Below are positions 29,401 through 44,400 of a DNA stretch of 64,000 nt, piece after piece. The notes under the pieces were generated by a model that saw only the letters and a list, made by a program, of their open reading frames with translations, searched no databases and was not told the origin of the DNA. Position 1 is the stretch's first letter; each line of letters opens with the position of its first letter. Source of the stretch: Pecten maximus (lineage: Eukaryota); the NCBI RefSeq assembly GCF_902652985.1, contig NC_047033.1, forward strand, positions 32,240,001 through 32,304,000, given 5' to 3'. The position numbers and the translations under genes are program-made.

Positions 29401-32400
29401 TCACTGATAAAAGCATTTCTCATTAAAATGATTGATACATATTTAATCAATTGATATATTTGTAACCATTTCATCATTGACAGCGTAAAATATAACAGGA
29501 AACGTACAAAAGCATTTCAAACAGCTAAATTATGATATTTCCAATTCATGTTTTCAATGTTTATATTGAATATTCATATTTAGTAATAAGTATTCCGAAA
29601 TATTATCAATATAGAATAACTTTATATTTTCAGTGATCAAGGAGTGTTCTGATGGAAGAGGCGATCTTTTATTTATCCTCGACTCGTCAACAAGTGTCGG
29701 AGATGAAAATTTTCGTAAAATGCTGGATTTCATGAAAGATATCGTCCGAGCGGCTCCGATTGATTCCGGACATTACCAAGTAGCAGTGATAGTCTTCAAC
29801 TCCGATGTCAAGGTAACTTTGTTACTCGATGCTATTGATAACCAGCGGGACTTGTTGACATACATAGACAATATTCCATACAGTTACGGCAACACCAACA
29901 CTGCCTCCGCTCTCCAAGCTATGCGCGATACGATTTTCATTCCGTCAAACGGCGATAGGCCAGATGCTCCAAATGTTGCTGTTGTAATGACCGACGGAGA
30001 GTCCAACATCAACTCTGGACGGACGATTCCCGAAGCTAATGCCGCGAAAAGGGAAGGTGTCGAGATCTATGGAATAGGTATCGGACTGATGGAAACTTCT
30101 GAAATAGACGGGATATCAAGTGTGCCTTTAGACACTCACAGATTCAACGTGGATAACTTCGACAACCTTAACGACATGAAGGCTGACATATTTGCCAAGA
30201 TATGTATAGGTAAATGCATGCATGGCAAGGCGTATTATTCCAGAGCTATATTTACATTGATTCATTTAATCGTTATTCTATATGATACAGATGTTTATGA
30301 TTTATATTAAATGCGTTAAATGTCTTAATGGATCATATTCCTGGTAAACAAAACCATGTAATATCAAAAGTTTTTATCACCAATATATAACAATAATTAA
30401 TCATGATCTTGGCACACACGTCGAGTAACGACGATTGATAAGGAAATCGACCAGTTCGGAACTAAATAGCAATGTACGTAAAATGGCCTGGGTGCGGACA
30501 TTAACATTTTATATTTGGGAAATAACACAGCAAACCTAGTGTAGTTGGTTACGGGAACATTTCTAGATGTTATCAAAAATAAGCAACAATTTTTAGAGAC
30601 TTGATTGTGTTTTTGTATATTATGTGTTGTACCACAAACGCATATGCTTCAGCAAATATTGCACATCTATGCTGCTTTTGTATACTGAATTTATGCTGTA
30701 TTGCTCTAAGAAATATTATCTTACAATAACTTTGCCTATGGCATGGGATTGACAATAATATATTGAAATAATGTATGTAAAATAATCGGAGCCACGGGTA
30801 CGCCGCTAGACAACCGCATAGTTGTCACGTAAACTGGTAATCGTTCGCGTTTCGCGACAATTTATTATTATCCTGCCTTGCTAGTTATATAAAGCGGACC
30901 TGATGTGTTAATATACCAGTGTACGACAAATCAGACTGTCCACGGCCTTGTAACCGATTGATGCTGATTTCAGAAAAGCGAGTAGAAGAAACAACAGTGT
31001 CTCGAGAAGCGGATAGTGGCGGTGAGAACACAATACGTTATATATATAACTGTTGGGTGTGCGTTGTGTTCACTTTACATTCAGATTTAACATTATATAT
31101 GTTCTGTCTATTGTATAAGGAGACTAGATGACCGATCATCCGATCATGTGTTGGATGCGAGCGATGTTTCTATTATTTAAAAAAAAATGTTTAACCAAGT
31201 GTCACAAAATACGATATATCATTATTTTGCTTCATTATTACTTTAACAATAACCGTTTTATGTAATTATCTTTGTTACACATGTTTACAGTGTGTGGTTA
31301 TGACGTCGTATTCGTCTTGGATTCGTCGACAAGTGTAGGAAGACAAAATTTCAAACTTGTCCTAAATTTTACCAAGGGGTTAATACAAAATGCCGATATT
31401 GACTCCGGATCCGTTCGGGTAGGTCTCCTGACCTTTAGCTCCCGATCTAGAGTGCGTTTCTTTCTGAATACATTCTCATCAAAATCTTCCGTAATGGCAG
31501 CCATAGATGAAATTCCATATGAATTTGGTAGTACTAACACCGCTGACGCTTTACGTGATATGAGAGTGGAATTGTATTCGCCAAACAATGGGAATAGGCG
31601 GGGAGTTCCGGACATTGCTATTGTATTAACAGACGGCATATCGACCATTAATTCTGCTAGAACAATTCAGGAGGCCGAAAGAGCAAAACTGGCCGGGATA
31701 CATATATATGCCGTTGGTATAAACCTACGTGACACAGCAGAACTTGATCAGATAGTCTCAAGACCTGTAGAACATAACCGGTTCACTGTCACTGATTTTG
31801 GAGGTCTGGATGAACTAAGGGACACTTTGGTGTCTTCATTCTGTCCTGGTTGGTAATATCTTCGCTATGTTGGTGATGGTGATATACTTGGTGTGTGTCA
31901 ATGTTTGTAGTCTATATAGTTGGAAATGTTTGCTGTCATTAAGTTTGGAGATATATCTGTTACACGTGCCGGGTATTGTGCTTTATGTTTGTCTGTATGG
32001 CTATATGTTTTCAATTCCGGACGTGATATGATGTCCAGTGTCTGTGGTGGTGTTTTTATCTATATTACACTACATGCAAGTATAGTCTTTGGTGGGTTTT
32101 ATTGGCGGTGCGGTGACTTTTGTATTGTAACAGTGAATTACGTTTTCTCCACGTTGTGGAGAATGTTTTATTGGTGTTGAAATGCTTATCGTTATTAACA
32201 TTGTCAATTGCAGGCCGCATATATTTGTATGTATATGCTGTCTGTCATCCAGTGGCTTTATATGGAATTTATTCATAAATATTATGACATATAAATAGAG
32301 TTAAGTAATACCATAACATAAGTGGCTAATTGGTTCATATGTAAGTATATCAGCACACATTTTGTCAAGCAAGATAATTACATGAAGTACCATAGGAGAA

Positions 32401-35400
32401 TTGGTGTACTGATACATACATTTATGACCACGGAACACGCTTGACTCTGAACATGTAATAAGACCAGAAGACGGGGAAGACGTAATATTTTAATTCCATA
32501 CCGGAAAAAAGCAACATAAGCGACAAATGCTGATTTTAGATTGTCATCAACAGATCATATCAATGAACGAACTGATAAGTCGTCATATATTGTACACAGA
32601 CCAATGACATCAACAGATCATATCAATGAACGAACTGATAAGTCGTCATATATTGTACACAGACCAATGACATCAACAGATCATATCAATGAACGAAATG
32701 ATAAGTCGTCATATATTGTACACAGACCAATGACATCAACAGATCATATCAATGAACGAACTGATAAGTTGTGATATATTGTACACAGACCAATGACATC
32801 AACAGATCATATCAATGAACGAACTGATAAGTCGTCATATATTGTACACAGACCAATGACATCAACAGATCATATCAATGAACGAACTGATAAGTCGTCA
32901 TATATTGTACACAGACCAATGACATCAACAGATCATATCAATGAACGAACTGATAAGTCGTCATATATTGTACACAGACCAATGACATCAACAGATCACA
33001 TCAATAACGAATTGATAAGTCGTCATATATTGTACACAGACCAATGACATCAACAGATCATATCAATGAACGAACTGATAAGTCGTCATATATTGTACAC
33101 AGACCAATGACATCAACAGATCATATCAATGAACGAACTGATAAGTCGTCATATATTGTACACAGACCAATGACATCAACAGATCATATCAATAAACGAA
33201 CTGATAAGTCGTCATATATTGTACACAGACCAATGACATCAACAGATCATATCAATGAACGAAATGATAAGTCGTCATATATTGTACACAGACCAATGAC
33301 ATCAACAGATCATATCAATGAACGAACTGATAAGTCGTCATATATTGTACACAGACCAATGACATCAACAGATCATATCAATGAACGAACTGATAAGTCG
33401 TCATATATTGTACACAGACCAATGACATCAACAGATCATATCAATGAACGAACTGATAAGTCGTCATATATTGTACACAGACCAATGACATCAACAGATC
33501 ATATCAATGAACGAACTGATAAGTCGTCATATATTGTACACAGACCAGTGACATATTTCGAAAAGAGACAATCAATTTTATTTTAAGCAAGACTTGGATA
33601 CGCCACATAATGTTTTTGTGTATACCACTTCCCTTTCAGATATCCCTGCTCCTCCTCCGCACTCGGTGGAGTTAGGTGAGTCGGTTACGGGGTCTACCAG
33701 GTTCATGTTAATTAAATCATAAACACGAATGGAAGATCTCATATATTCCACATGCAATCCACGATTGGAAAAGTTGAGATATTTATTCCAATAAAAATTA
33801 TGAGGTATCTGATACATAGTTTTATAGAAATAGATATATTTTTTAAAGTTAATTAAGAAAATATTCACAATTCAATCATATTTGATAAAAAAACGTTCGC
33901 TGCATCTGGCGCATATATTAAGCGAGAGCGATAAAATAGCATTTGATTCGCAATATTGTTGCATGCTGCTAGGTATTTATTTGCAAATCATTGCCTGCAT
34001 TTTAGCGTGCAAGTCGCTGCGACAGGATATAGTCTTCATCCTTGATTCGTCCACAAGCGTCGGGAAAAGGAACTTTCAGAAAATGCTGAATTTTACAAAA
34101 GATTTTCTGCTGGCTGCTGACATTGATTCCGGTAGTGTCCGTGTTGGACTGATAACCTATAGTACCTCGGTCACTATTCACTTTTACCTGAACACGTTTA
34201 GCACGAAAGCAGAGGTATTCTCCGCCATTGATGACGTATTATATCAAGCAGGGAGTACCAATACAGCTGATGCCCTTAAAACTCTAACTGCCGACATGTT
34301 TACTCAAGGTCATGGTGACCGTGACGATGTCCCGAGCGTCGTAGTGGTAGTCACAGATGGGGTGTCAAACATCAATATGCGGCAGACCATCCCAAGAGCA
34401 GACGAAGCGCGATTATCTGGCATAGCAATATACGCAATAGGTATTGGCATTAAAGAAACAGCAGAGCTTCAAGGAATAGCAAATACTCCGACTGAAGATT
34501 TCCTTTATACCATTGAAGACTTCACAGAGCTGGACCAAGTAAAGGAGACGTTGTTTGAATCTTTCTGCCTCGGTAACATTATTTCTATAGTTGGAATGAC
34601 GGTTTAAACACTTCTACTGACGCTTACGCTTCTGTCCCAAACTCGTCTCATCCTGCAGTATCCATTTTTGTGTTGCGAGGACATTGTACGACCTTCTAAT
34701 TTTGCTTTTTTAAGCTTTTTACGGTGATGTTATGAGTTTTGTCTTTTCTATCTGCTAACTGCGTTTTGTAATAATTACGTTTGATCTCTCTATTTCTTTA
34801 TCATCTGCTCTAACACCAACGTCTAGTCTCTCTCCGTCTTTGTTGGGATTATATACATTGTGTACTACCCAATACTCATGAATCGTTTTCTCTTGTAGTT
34901 ATTTTATCAATTGAAATTGATGTAGTCGCCATTGAATTAAAATATCCTCTTGGCTGATAATTGAATACACGTTTTCTAGTTTAGTTAGTTTAGTTTACAT
35001 ACTATAAATATTTGGTGGAGTCTCCTTTGGTGTGAATGTTTCTATTACATATCATAATAAGCATGGAACTGAAGTCTGTTGTATCTTACATTGTAGTAGT
35101 TGAATACAAATCAGGGAGAAGTTTCTGTTTGACGAAATACAGAAACCATGAGGTGCCTTATCGTGAAAGTAATATAACAGTAACAAACTATAACCGAACC
35201 AATTTTATTTGTTTCAGAAGAACCTAAACCGACCCGTGGTATTTCTTGTGAGTAATAATATGAGAAATGTTATACATAAGTCAGATATGTTTAAATATTA
35301 CATATCATAATATATATCATTTCGTCAGAATCTTCAGTGATAAAAGAAACAATGATAAATGATGGAATTACCTATGAATACCAAACGTTTATTGTTCATA

Positions 35401-38400
35401 TTTAATTCATGGGAGGGTAACTCTTAACTGTTCAATTTGTGTTAAAACAATGGACATCTAATATCTGCATAAACATATATTTTGTGTATGTAGGGGCGGG
35501 AGCATTTATCTAAAAAAAAAAAACAACAAAAAACAAGCATTCCTACGGAGTAAAGAAAAATAAAAAAATAAATGTTTTATTCCATTACCCGGTTTGTACA
35601 TTCTTTTGAATATATTTGGTCGATAAATCAGAAGGTAGAACACCTGGTCCTATCCTGGTACAATGGTCTTCAGTCGAATATTTATATTTGCTCTTAGTTA
35701 GTCTTCGTTTTACCGATTTTTAGTTCAAATAACGGTTTTGGTTGCATGTCGATATTGTCTGTTTCTTTTTGCTTTTTGATTAGAATTCAAACAAAGTAAG
35801 GACCCATTCAGTAGTTAGTCGTACATGAAATATAATATGTTCAACTATTTTTTTCTGTGTAAATTCTTTATCATATTGCATTTCTTATTAGCAATCTTAT
35901 TTCAAAATATACTTAAAAACCTTCCAATTCATAAACGAAAAGACTATGTTAACCTAATCACTCACGATTCTAGAACACACAAAATGTATCTTATATTCAG
36001 TGGTAAGGGTTACTTATTATAATAATTTATTTCAACTAGTTCAGCAGACTATCTGTTTATTTAAATTCAAATTTTACGAATACAATAATTTCTGTTATTC
36101 TTTTATTTCCATATTTAGCGTGTTTCCCACCAAAGCTCGATATCATATTCATAGTCGATTCATCAACAAGTGTCGGCACAGCTAACTTCCAACGTATCAT
36201 AGATTTTATCAAAGACTTCCTGGCGTTTGCTGACATTGACTCTGGTAACACTCGAGTTGGCATGGTTGTTTATAGTACCAGTGTATCAATAGAGTTTTAT
36301 CTGAACCAGTACGCAACGAAATCTGAAGTGTTCCATGCGATAGACCAAATCGAGCATTCATTCGGAAACACATTTACAGCCGGTGGAATTATGGCTATGA
36401 GAACCGAAATGTTTACACAAGCCAACGGAGACAGGCCTGGCGTCCCGAACATTGCTGTCATCATAACCGACGGTCAGTCAAACATACAGGCAGCAAAAAC
36501 AATACCAGAAGCGGAAGCAGCGAAACAGTCCGGAATTGAAATATATGCCATTGGCATAGGTCTCCTTGAAACGGACGAATTAAAGGGTATGGCTAGCGAA
36601 CCCCTAGGGGATCATCTTCATCTCGTACAGGATTTCACGGAACTGACTGCACTCCTGGCGAGAATATTTGAAGCTGTTTGCATTGGTATACTATTTATCT
36701 TATTCACAATGTGAAAACGCTTGCGGCTTTCACGTTTAAACGTGGCGTAGATTTGCGCATTTTAAATATCGGCGCAGCATGATCTAGTTAACGATAGCGC
36801 TGCGTTGGGTGTATAAGTGTAATAAGATAATACGATATAACGGTTTAGTTGGTGGTTATATATTCATAAATCATAGTCTAGATAGGTTATATATCATCCT
36901 TAAACTGACTGATACAATACGTATATGGTTCTCTCTAGTATTCCACTTTAGTTGGTAGCCTTTGATTTGCATGCGGATTTCATACTTCAGTAATCCTTTC
37001 CAGCTGATCTTCCATTAGAATTGTGTGCGGTGTTTTGATGACATTTCTGTTTAGTTGGCGTTTAGTTGATACTGTAATTGTGATATTTTTTGTTTGCTTG
37101 TTTTGTTTGTTTGTTTGTTTTTTTGGGTTTTTTTTTTGTGTGGTTTGGTGATTTTGTTTTTCATATGTGTTGTGGCTCCTCGTATGGAATATTATTTAGA
37201 AATTTCAAATCGAATTATACTCCTTATGGGATCGATAATAAGCTTTGGGGTCAGGGTGCTGTACTGCAAAAAAAAATGCATTCAATTATATTAACTCTGG
37301 TAAAAATTAAAAAGAAACTGGTTTTACATACCATTGTAAGAATTCTTAAACCATTCGGTGGTAGAGTTAATGATTATAAGCATCGACAAAATATTTGAAA
37401 TAAATAGTTATATAAATCTAATAAAATTAACATGTGCTGCTCTATACAGAAGAGGAAGGACCAGTAGCCAGTCCAGCCCCTCCCTTTACTACCAGGTCTG
37501 CCGCGATTGGTGAGTTAACATTGGCTAACTAACTTTCCCTTTCTTTATTGTTACATTGATTATTTATCATGTGTTCATATTTGCCTTTAATGGTTATAAG
37601 GCTTTTGTGTAAGGTTACACGTTATCATTATCTTAATGTTTTTGTGTAAGGTTACACGTTATCATTATCTTAATGTTTTTGTGTAAGGTTACACGTGATC
37701 ATTATCTTAATGTTTTTGTGTAAGGTTACACGTTATCATTATCTTAATGTTTTTGTGTAAGGTTACACGTTATCATTATCTTAATGTTTTTGTGTAAGGT
37801 TACACGTTATCATTATCTTAATGTTTTTGTGTAAGGTTACACGTTATCATTATCTTAATGTTTTTGACATACGTTGTTTATGCATTATTATTTGTGAGCC
37901 CGGACCACATTTATTGGACAGTAACAATGAAAGGTTGTTTGTTTTTGTGTTGGTCAAGATAGTATCAGTATACCAAAACGAATCCCTTAATAAGAATGTT
38001 GTTCGGGTATTGGTNNNNNNNNNNNNNNNNNNNNNNNNNNNNNNNNNNNNNNNNNNNNNNNNNNNNNNNNNNNNNNNNNNNNNNNNNNNNNNNNNNNNNN
38101 NNNNNNNNNNNNNNNNNNNNNNNNNNNNNNNNNNNNNNNNNNNNNNNNNNNNNNNNNNNNNNNNNNNNNNNNNNNNNNTCAAAGCGTGTGGGCAAAGTGA
38201 ACAGGATATCATTTTTGTCCTGGATTCCTCTACAAGTGTTGGTACTGACAATTTTCGTGAGGTCCTGAATTTCGTCAAAGATCTGCTGTCGAATGCTGAT
38301 ATCGATTCTGGGCGAGTTCGTGTGGGAACACTCATTTATAGTACAGGTGTTGAAGTAAGATTCAATCTAAATGAGTTTAACACCAAAGCTGATGTATTTA

Positions 38401-41400
38401 GAGCAATAGATAATATACCGTACATACTTGGAAACACCAACACTGCCGGTGGTATCCGAGTAATGAGTACTGAAATGTTTACATCAAGGAATGGTGATAG
38501 AGAAGGTATTCCGAATATTGCATTTGTAATAACTGATGGTCAGTCTAATATAAACACAAAAGATACTATTCCAAATGCTGAGCTTGCTCGGATATCTGGT
38601 ATTGATATATATGCTATTGGAATCGGGCTACTGGAAACTACGGAACTTGAGGGGATTTCCAGCAGACCTCTAGAAGAATTTCTGTTCACTGTCGAGGAAT
38701 TCACGGAGTTACAGGGATTGAAGGAGACAATATTTGAAACCGTCTGTCCAGGTACTCCCCTAAGATATATATGTCTGTTCTGTCTGGTAAATGTCGATTA
38801 TTGTCTATCGGTATTGCTGATGAAAAGAGGGCTTGTTTTATTGTTGAATGTGTGTTCAGTATCTCAGAGTAAAGTTACTGTAAACATGAACAAATAGATG
38901 TAATGTGAGTGTAATCCTAACACCTGTTCCATAACCTAATGTCATAGCATTTAATATAATTCAAAAAATTAATTGCATCGACCGCCAGTTCTTGTATTAT
39001 TATTAAAAAACCACAATGACAGATGAATAAAATATAAAAGTACATATAGTTTAATCATTAAAATTTTAAAGAAACTCCTGCTCCAACTACGGATCCAACA
39101 ACAACCACGACAACTATACCGCCTACCACTTTATCTGGTACGTATGAGCATAGTGTGTACGACATCAATGCTTTAATGACGATATACCTAAACAATCTGT
39201 ATAGTGCAACCTAAATATTACCATGTGATTATTTTAGTCCAATTTAGTGTAGTGCTACCTAAACGTATAAATATCACCATGTAATTATCTTATTCCAATC
39301 CCGATGTTATGTACCATCTAGTTAATTATCCATGGCACAGGGTCATTTTTTTTTATCGCAAACCGAATTTGGTTTAGTTTTTCGTTATCCAATAACGTTA
39401 GTAAAAACTGAAGCTTCAAAAATACTGTACTTTAAGTAATTTAATTAAAAAAAATATCCCAATGGTTTCAGCTTGTGTGTCGACAGAACAGGATATCGTG
39501 TTTGTACTTGATTCATCTACTAGTGTTGGTGACGACAACTTCCGGCGAATCATTGACTTTGTAAAGTCCTTCTTAAATATAGCGGAAATCGATTCTGGAG
39601 CAGTTCGTGTTGGCGTTCTCACTTATAGCACTGATGTAAACATTCAGTTCCTACTGAATACATGGGGGACTAAGGATGACATATATCGAGCCTTAGATGT
39701 TATACCATACGCGTATGGTAGCACAAACACAGCAGATGCGCTGAAAATGATGAGAACTGAGATGTTCCGAACGTTTGCAGGAGATAGGCCTTATGTTCCG
39801 AACATTGCTATAGTTGTCACAGACGGTGTATCAAATATCAACTCGAGGCAGACCGTCCCTGAAGCGGATAACGCGAAATCAGCCGGTATACAAATTTACG
39901 CTCTAGGAATAGGCATCACAGAAAAGAAGGAACTTAAACAAATAGCTAGTTCTCCTTTATCTGATTATCTGTACACTGTAGAAGATTTCTCGGAATTGGA
40001 TCTCCTCCAGGATAACATCTTCAGGAATTTCTGCCCTGGTTAGTGAAGGTTTATGATATAATTAAAGAATCGTATAATAAGTTAAAACAAAAATTAATAT
40101 ATATTGCGTTTTTTTTTAAAAAATATCCGATATGTATACAGTTTAAAGTGATTTGCTTAAAACGACAAGCGATTTTCGTATTCAGGCATAACAAAATTCT
40201 GTATTTAAAAAAAAACAATGTTTAAAGAACGGAAACTTGTAAACAACAGACCTTAATTGATGACATTTTTGTTTAAAATTTCGAATGATTTTTCAGTTTC
40301 AAGTCCAACAACACAGCCCGTAGGTGAGTTTACGTGCCGTTAATGTTCCGTACGTCAACTTGTAACATTTTATAAATTGATGTCATCATTCCACTAATAA
40401 AACAAAAATATGGACATGCACGTTTTTTCCATTTCCAGATATAACCTAAATATTTTTGGCTCTAGGATTACAAATTAAGAACAACTTTCCGATTGAATGT
40501 TGCAACAGTTTTAAATTCTGAAATGCATGTATAAAAATGTTTATAAACATCGCTGTAAATATTTCAAACTGGGCAACAGTTCTTTTCATTTGATATATAA
40601 GTAAGCGTATAATTAATAGTTATCGTCACTTTACTGTCGTAAAGTTGAAACATCCCTAGATACAAAATGTCTTCTCTGTGGAGGATAACGATCAAGTCCT
40701 AAACATTCTAGAAACATAAAGGATTATCGCAGTGTATTAGGACTAAACATTAATTTACGAACTCACGCTTGAATGTGTTACTTGCCCAAATATTCACTCT
40801 AAAACAATTGAAATACGTCATTAACTTATACAGATATTATAATTTGAGTTGAACATCATGAATGCAGCTTAGTTCTGATATTTACATAATGACTATATCA
40901 AAGTACTTATTCTATTAACAGTAAGGTGCGTGGGTGTTCCACAAGATTTGATATTCGTCCTGGATTCCTCAACCAGTGTTGGTGATGACAACTTTCGACG
41001 AATGTTGGAATTCGTAAAGGACATTCTTTTACTCGCCGACATCGACTCTGGCAATGTCAGGGTAGGCGTTTTGATATATAGTTCTGGGGTAGAAATACAA
41101 TTTCATTTAAATGAATACCAAACACAAGCTGCCGTATTTCAGGCTATTGATAAGGTGCCATATATACTAGGTAGTACGAACACAGCGGATGGATTAATGG
41201 TCATGCGCAATGAAATGTTTTCATTTCAACATGGTGACCGTCCTGATGTCCCCAATGTAGGTATAGTTGTAACAGATGGACAATCCAATATAAACTCGCT
41301 GAGAACCATCCCTGAGGCCAACGAAGCCAAGTCGTCAGGGATAGATATATATGCTATTGGCATAGGACTAAAAGAGACCAAAGAGTTAAAGGGAATAGCT

Positions 41401-44400
41401 AGTGAGCCATTAGAGGATTTCCTGTACACGGTGAGAGGGTTCGAGGACTTACACAATCTCAAGGATAGGATGTTCGAGTCCATCTGTCCGGGTAACACAG
41501 TTTGTAATTTCTGGTGGAGGTTAATTACTTAACTATTTCTAACATGCTCTAGCTCATGACTGGCGTCGCTAACACAGGTGTTAAATGTTCACCTAAATAT
41601 GTTCCTGTAATTTTGACGTCATATCGATGTTACTGTTGGTCGTAATGTTGATCGTCTTTGTGTCTGCTATGATTTGTGGAACATCATGTATAACGGTCTG
41701 CTGGTATGCACATATGAACTGATATATCACGAAGTAACCTCCTCACTTATATGCTGTCGTATAAAAATGTCGCTGAAAGTGTTTGTGGACTGTTTGGGAT
41801 AGGTATATATTGCCTTATAATGGAATAATCAGTGTTTGTCGGCTGTTTTGGGTGTGTCTCGTGTCATAATGGAATAAACCAGTGTTTGTCGGCTGTTTGG
41901 GGTGTGTCTTGTGTCGTAATGGAATAATCAGTGTTTGTCGGCTGTTTGGGGTGTGTCCCGTGTCATAATGGAATAAACCAATGTTTGTCGACTGTTTAGT
42001 ATGTGTCTTGTTTCATAAAGAAAAAAACCAGTGATTGTTGGCTGTTTGGGCGGGGTGTATCTTGTCTCATAATGGAATAAACCAGTGTTTGTCGGCTGTT
42101 TGGGGTGTATCTTGTCTCATAATGGAATAATCAGTGTTTGTCGGCTGTTTGGGATGGGTGTATCTTGTCTCATACTGGTATATATCAGCGTTTGCTGGGA
42201 TCGAAAGCCAATGTAATGATTATTTTATATATTGTTTGCCGTCGTATGTCATGTAAACATCGTCATTAAATCAATGTGGTGTGTATCTAACTAGAAATAT
42301 ATATCTAACTTAATAATGACCTCCATATACCTGAAATGACCATCAGGTGTGACATCATATATTCGGTAACGGGCTAGTCTTGTCATGTGGTACAATATGT
42401 TTGCTTTATACGGTGCTATTCCGAGTACATTATAGCTATATAATAAATCGATTCTTCGGAATATTTTTAGAAAGATGTTATCTTAAAAATTAATTTTAGG
42501 CTGTGATTGCATAACAGATAGTAATGATAAAGCTCTGGAATTCTGTAAATTTTAATATTATCGTAATGGTAGAGTAAAATATATTTTTAGTGATTTAATA
42601 AACGCTGAAATGATACAGTGTCATTATTGTAGTTTGATTACCATGTAATAAAAATAAATATCTAGAAATATCAACACCAACGACAACGTCAACAACGACG
42701 ACAACATCACCAACAACGACGACGACGACGACAATTATCCCGACAACATTACAGAGTGTGGGTTAGTGTGAAAATATATAAATATATTACTTATTGACAT
42801 ATAATGAAAATAGCTCAGCCAACAATTGAATATATATTGGAACATATCCATATAATGCGATTGCCTCATTTTGTGCGATGAAAATGAATACATGTGTATT
42901 CAATCAATTTAAAGTTTCATTTAAATTTCAAATATAACCATACTTAAATGATGTTTAAATAATGAAATAAAAGTAAATCGTCACCATAAAGGCATTTCAA
43001 CTTCCGCTGTTCGCTTTAAATTACCTATTATTATTTTAATCTAACTGGTTATATCATGTTAACCTTAAGAACGTTTAGTTCAACGTTCATACCGATGCTA
43101 ATTACAGCTTGCAGCAACGATGAAAAAGATATCATTATCATTTTGGATTCCTCTACAAGTGTTGGTGACAAAAATTTTATAAAAATGCTGGAGTTTGCGC
43201 AGAACATTCTAAAGAACGCCGACGTGGATTCTGGTAGAGTTCGAGTTGGTGTAGTAACCTACAGCAGTTCTGTAAAGGTTCAATTCCACCTTAACTCATT
43301 CAGAAGTCTGTCCGCCGTATTAAATGCGATCGAGGAGATCTCGTTCATGCCTGGTAGCACTAATACCGCCGACGCTCTGAAGACAATGCATAATGATATG
43401 TTTACTCGTGAACGTGGTGATCGTCCCGATGTTCCAAACATTGCTATTATTGTAACTGACGGTGTTTCGAACATCCACTCTCGGCGAACCATTCCGGAAG
43501 CGGAAGAGGCTAGAGAGGATGGGATAGTCATATACGCTTTGGGTATAGGCCTTACTGAAACAAAAGAGCTGAAAGGAATATCCAGTCTCCCAACTGAAGA
43601 GTATCTTTATTTAGCCGAGGACTTTACACAGCTTGATGAACTCGAGAGAAATTTGTTCAAATCTTTCTGTCAAGGTATTTTTATTTCTAATATTATATAA
43701 AAAAAAACATTCTTGAATAAGTTCATAAAACATAAAATCATTTAAACGAAGAGACATAGCCATTGTGGTTGATGCTGAGTTTAGTTATAAGTGTAACGTG
43801 TTTACAATTATGTCGAAATGTGCTGTTATATTTTTTTTTTCGTTACAAACTTATCTTTTACTGAATATACCTGGATATGATAATGCAGGCAGGTTTGGGA
43901 TATAAATGCGTACAGCGATTTCTACAAATAATGATATTTTTGCAGATCCTCTACCAGAAATACATGAGCCTGTCGGTGAGTTGTTGTTTAAATGCATCTG
44001 ATATATCCGAATGTCTGCCCTTTATGTTGACATTCACAATTTACCCATCTGGTTCTGCACGAATGAGATGAACTCGGTACTGAAAGGGAATTATAGGTTC
44101 GGGTTCTGTTAAAATCAGTCGCCCTATCAAACGATCAAAATCATAGCACTGCTTTATTGATACCATTAACTACTCACTCGAAGAAAAGAAATATATGTTT
44201 ATTTTAACCTTAAATCAAATCGATTTTAACATGTAACCTACAGACTGGAAAGAGTTATGATAAAATGACAGCGTTATTTACATGAAATTAATTATCAACG
44301 TCACAATTTAAATACTATTTCAACTATAACACGCGCATTGAATAATTCAAGTATCCATTCGTGTTTAGCCTGCGAATCAGATGAACAAGACATCGTGTTT

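Noticed and set aside
32541-33586. ORFs made of MTSTDHINERTDKSSYIVHRP repeats
   Set aside because: Translation of a 63-bp minisatellite; broken by a stop near 32774 and a frameshift near 33005, with no convincing phase-1 donor
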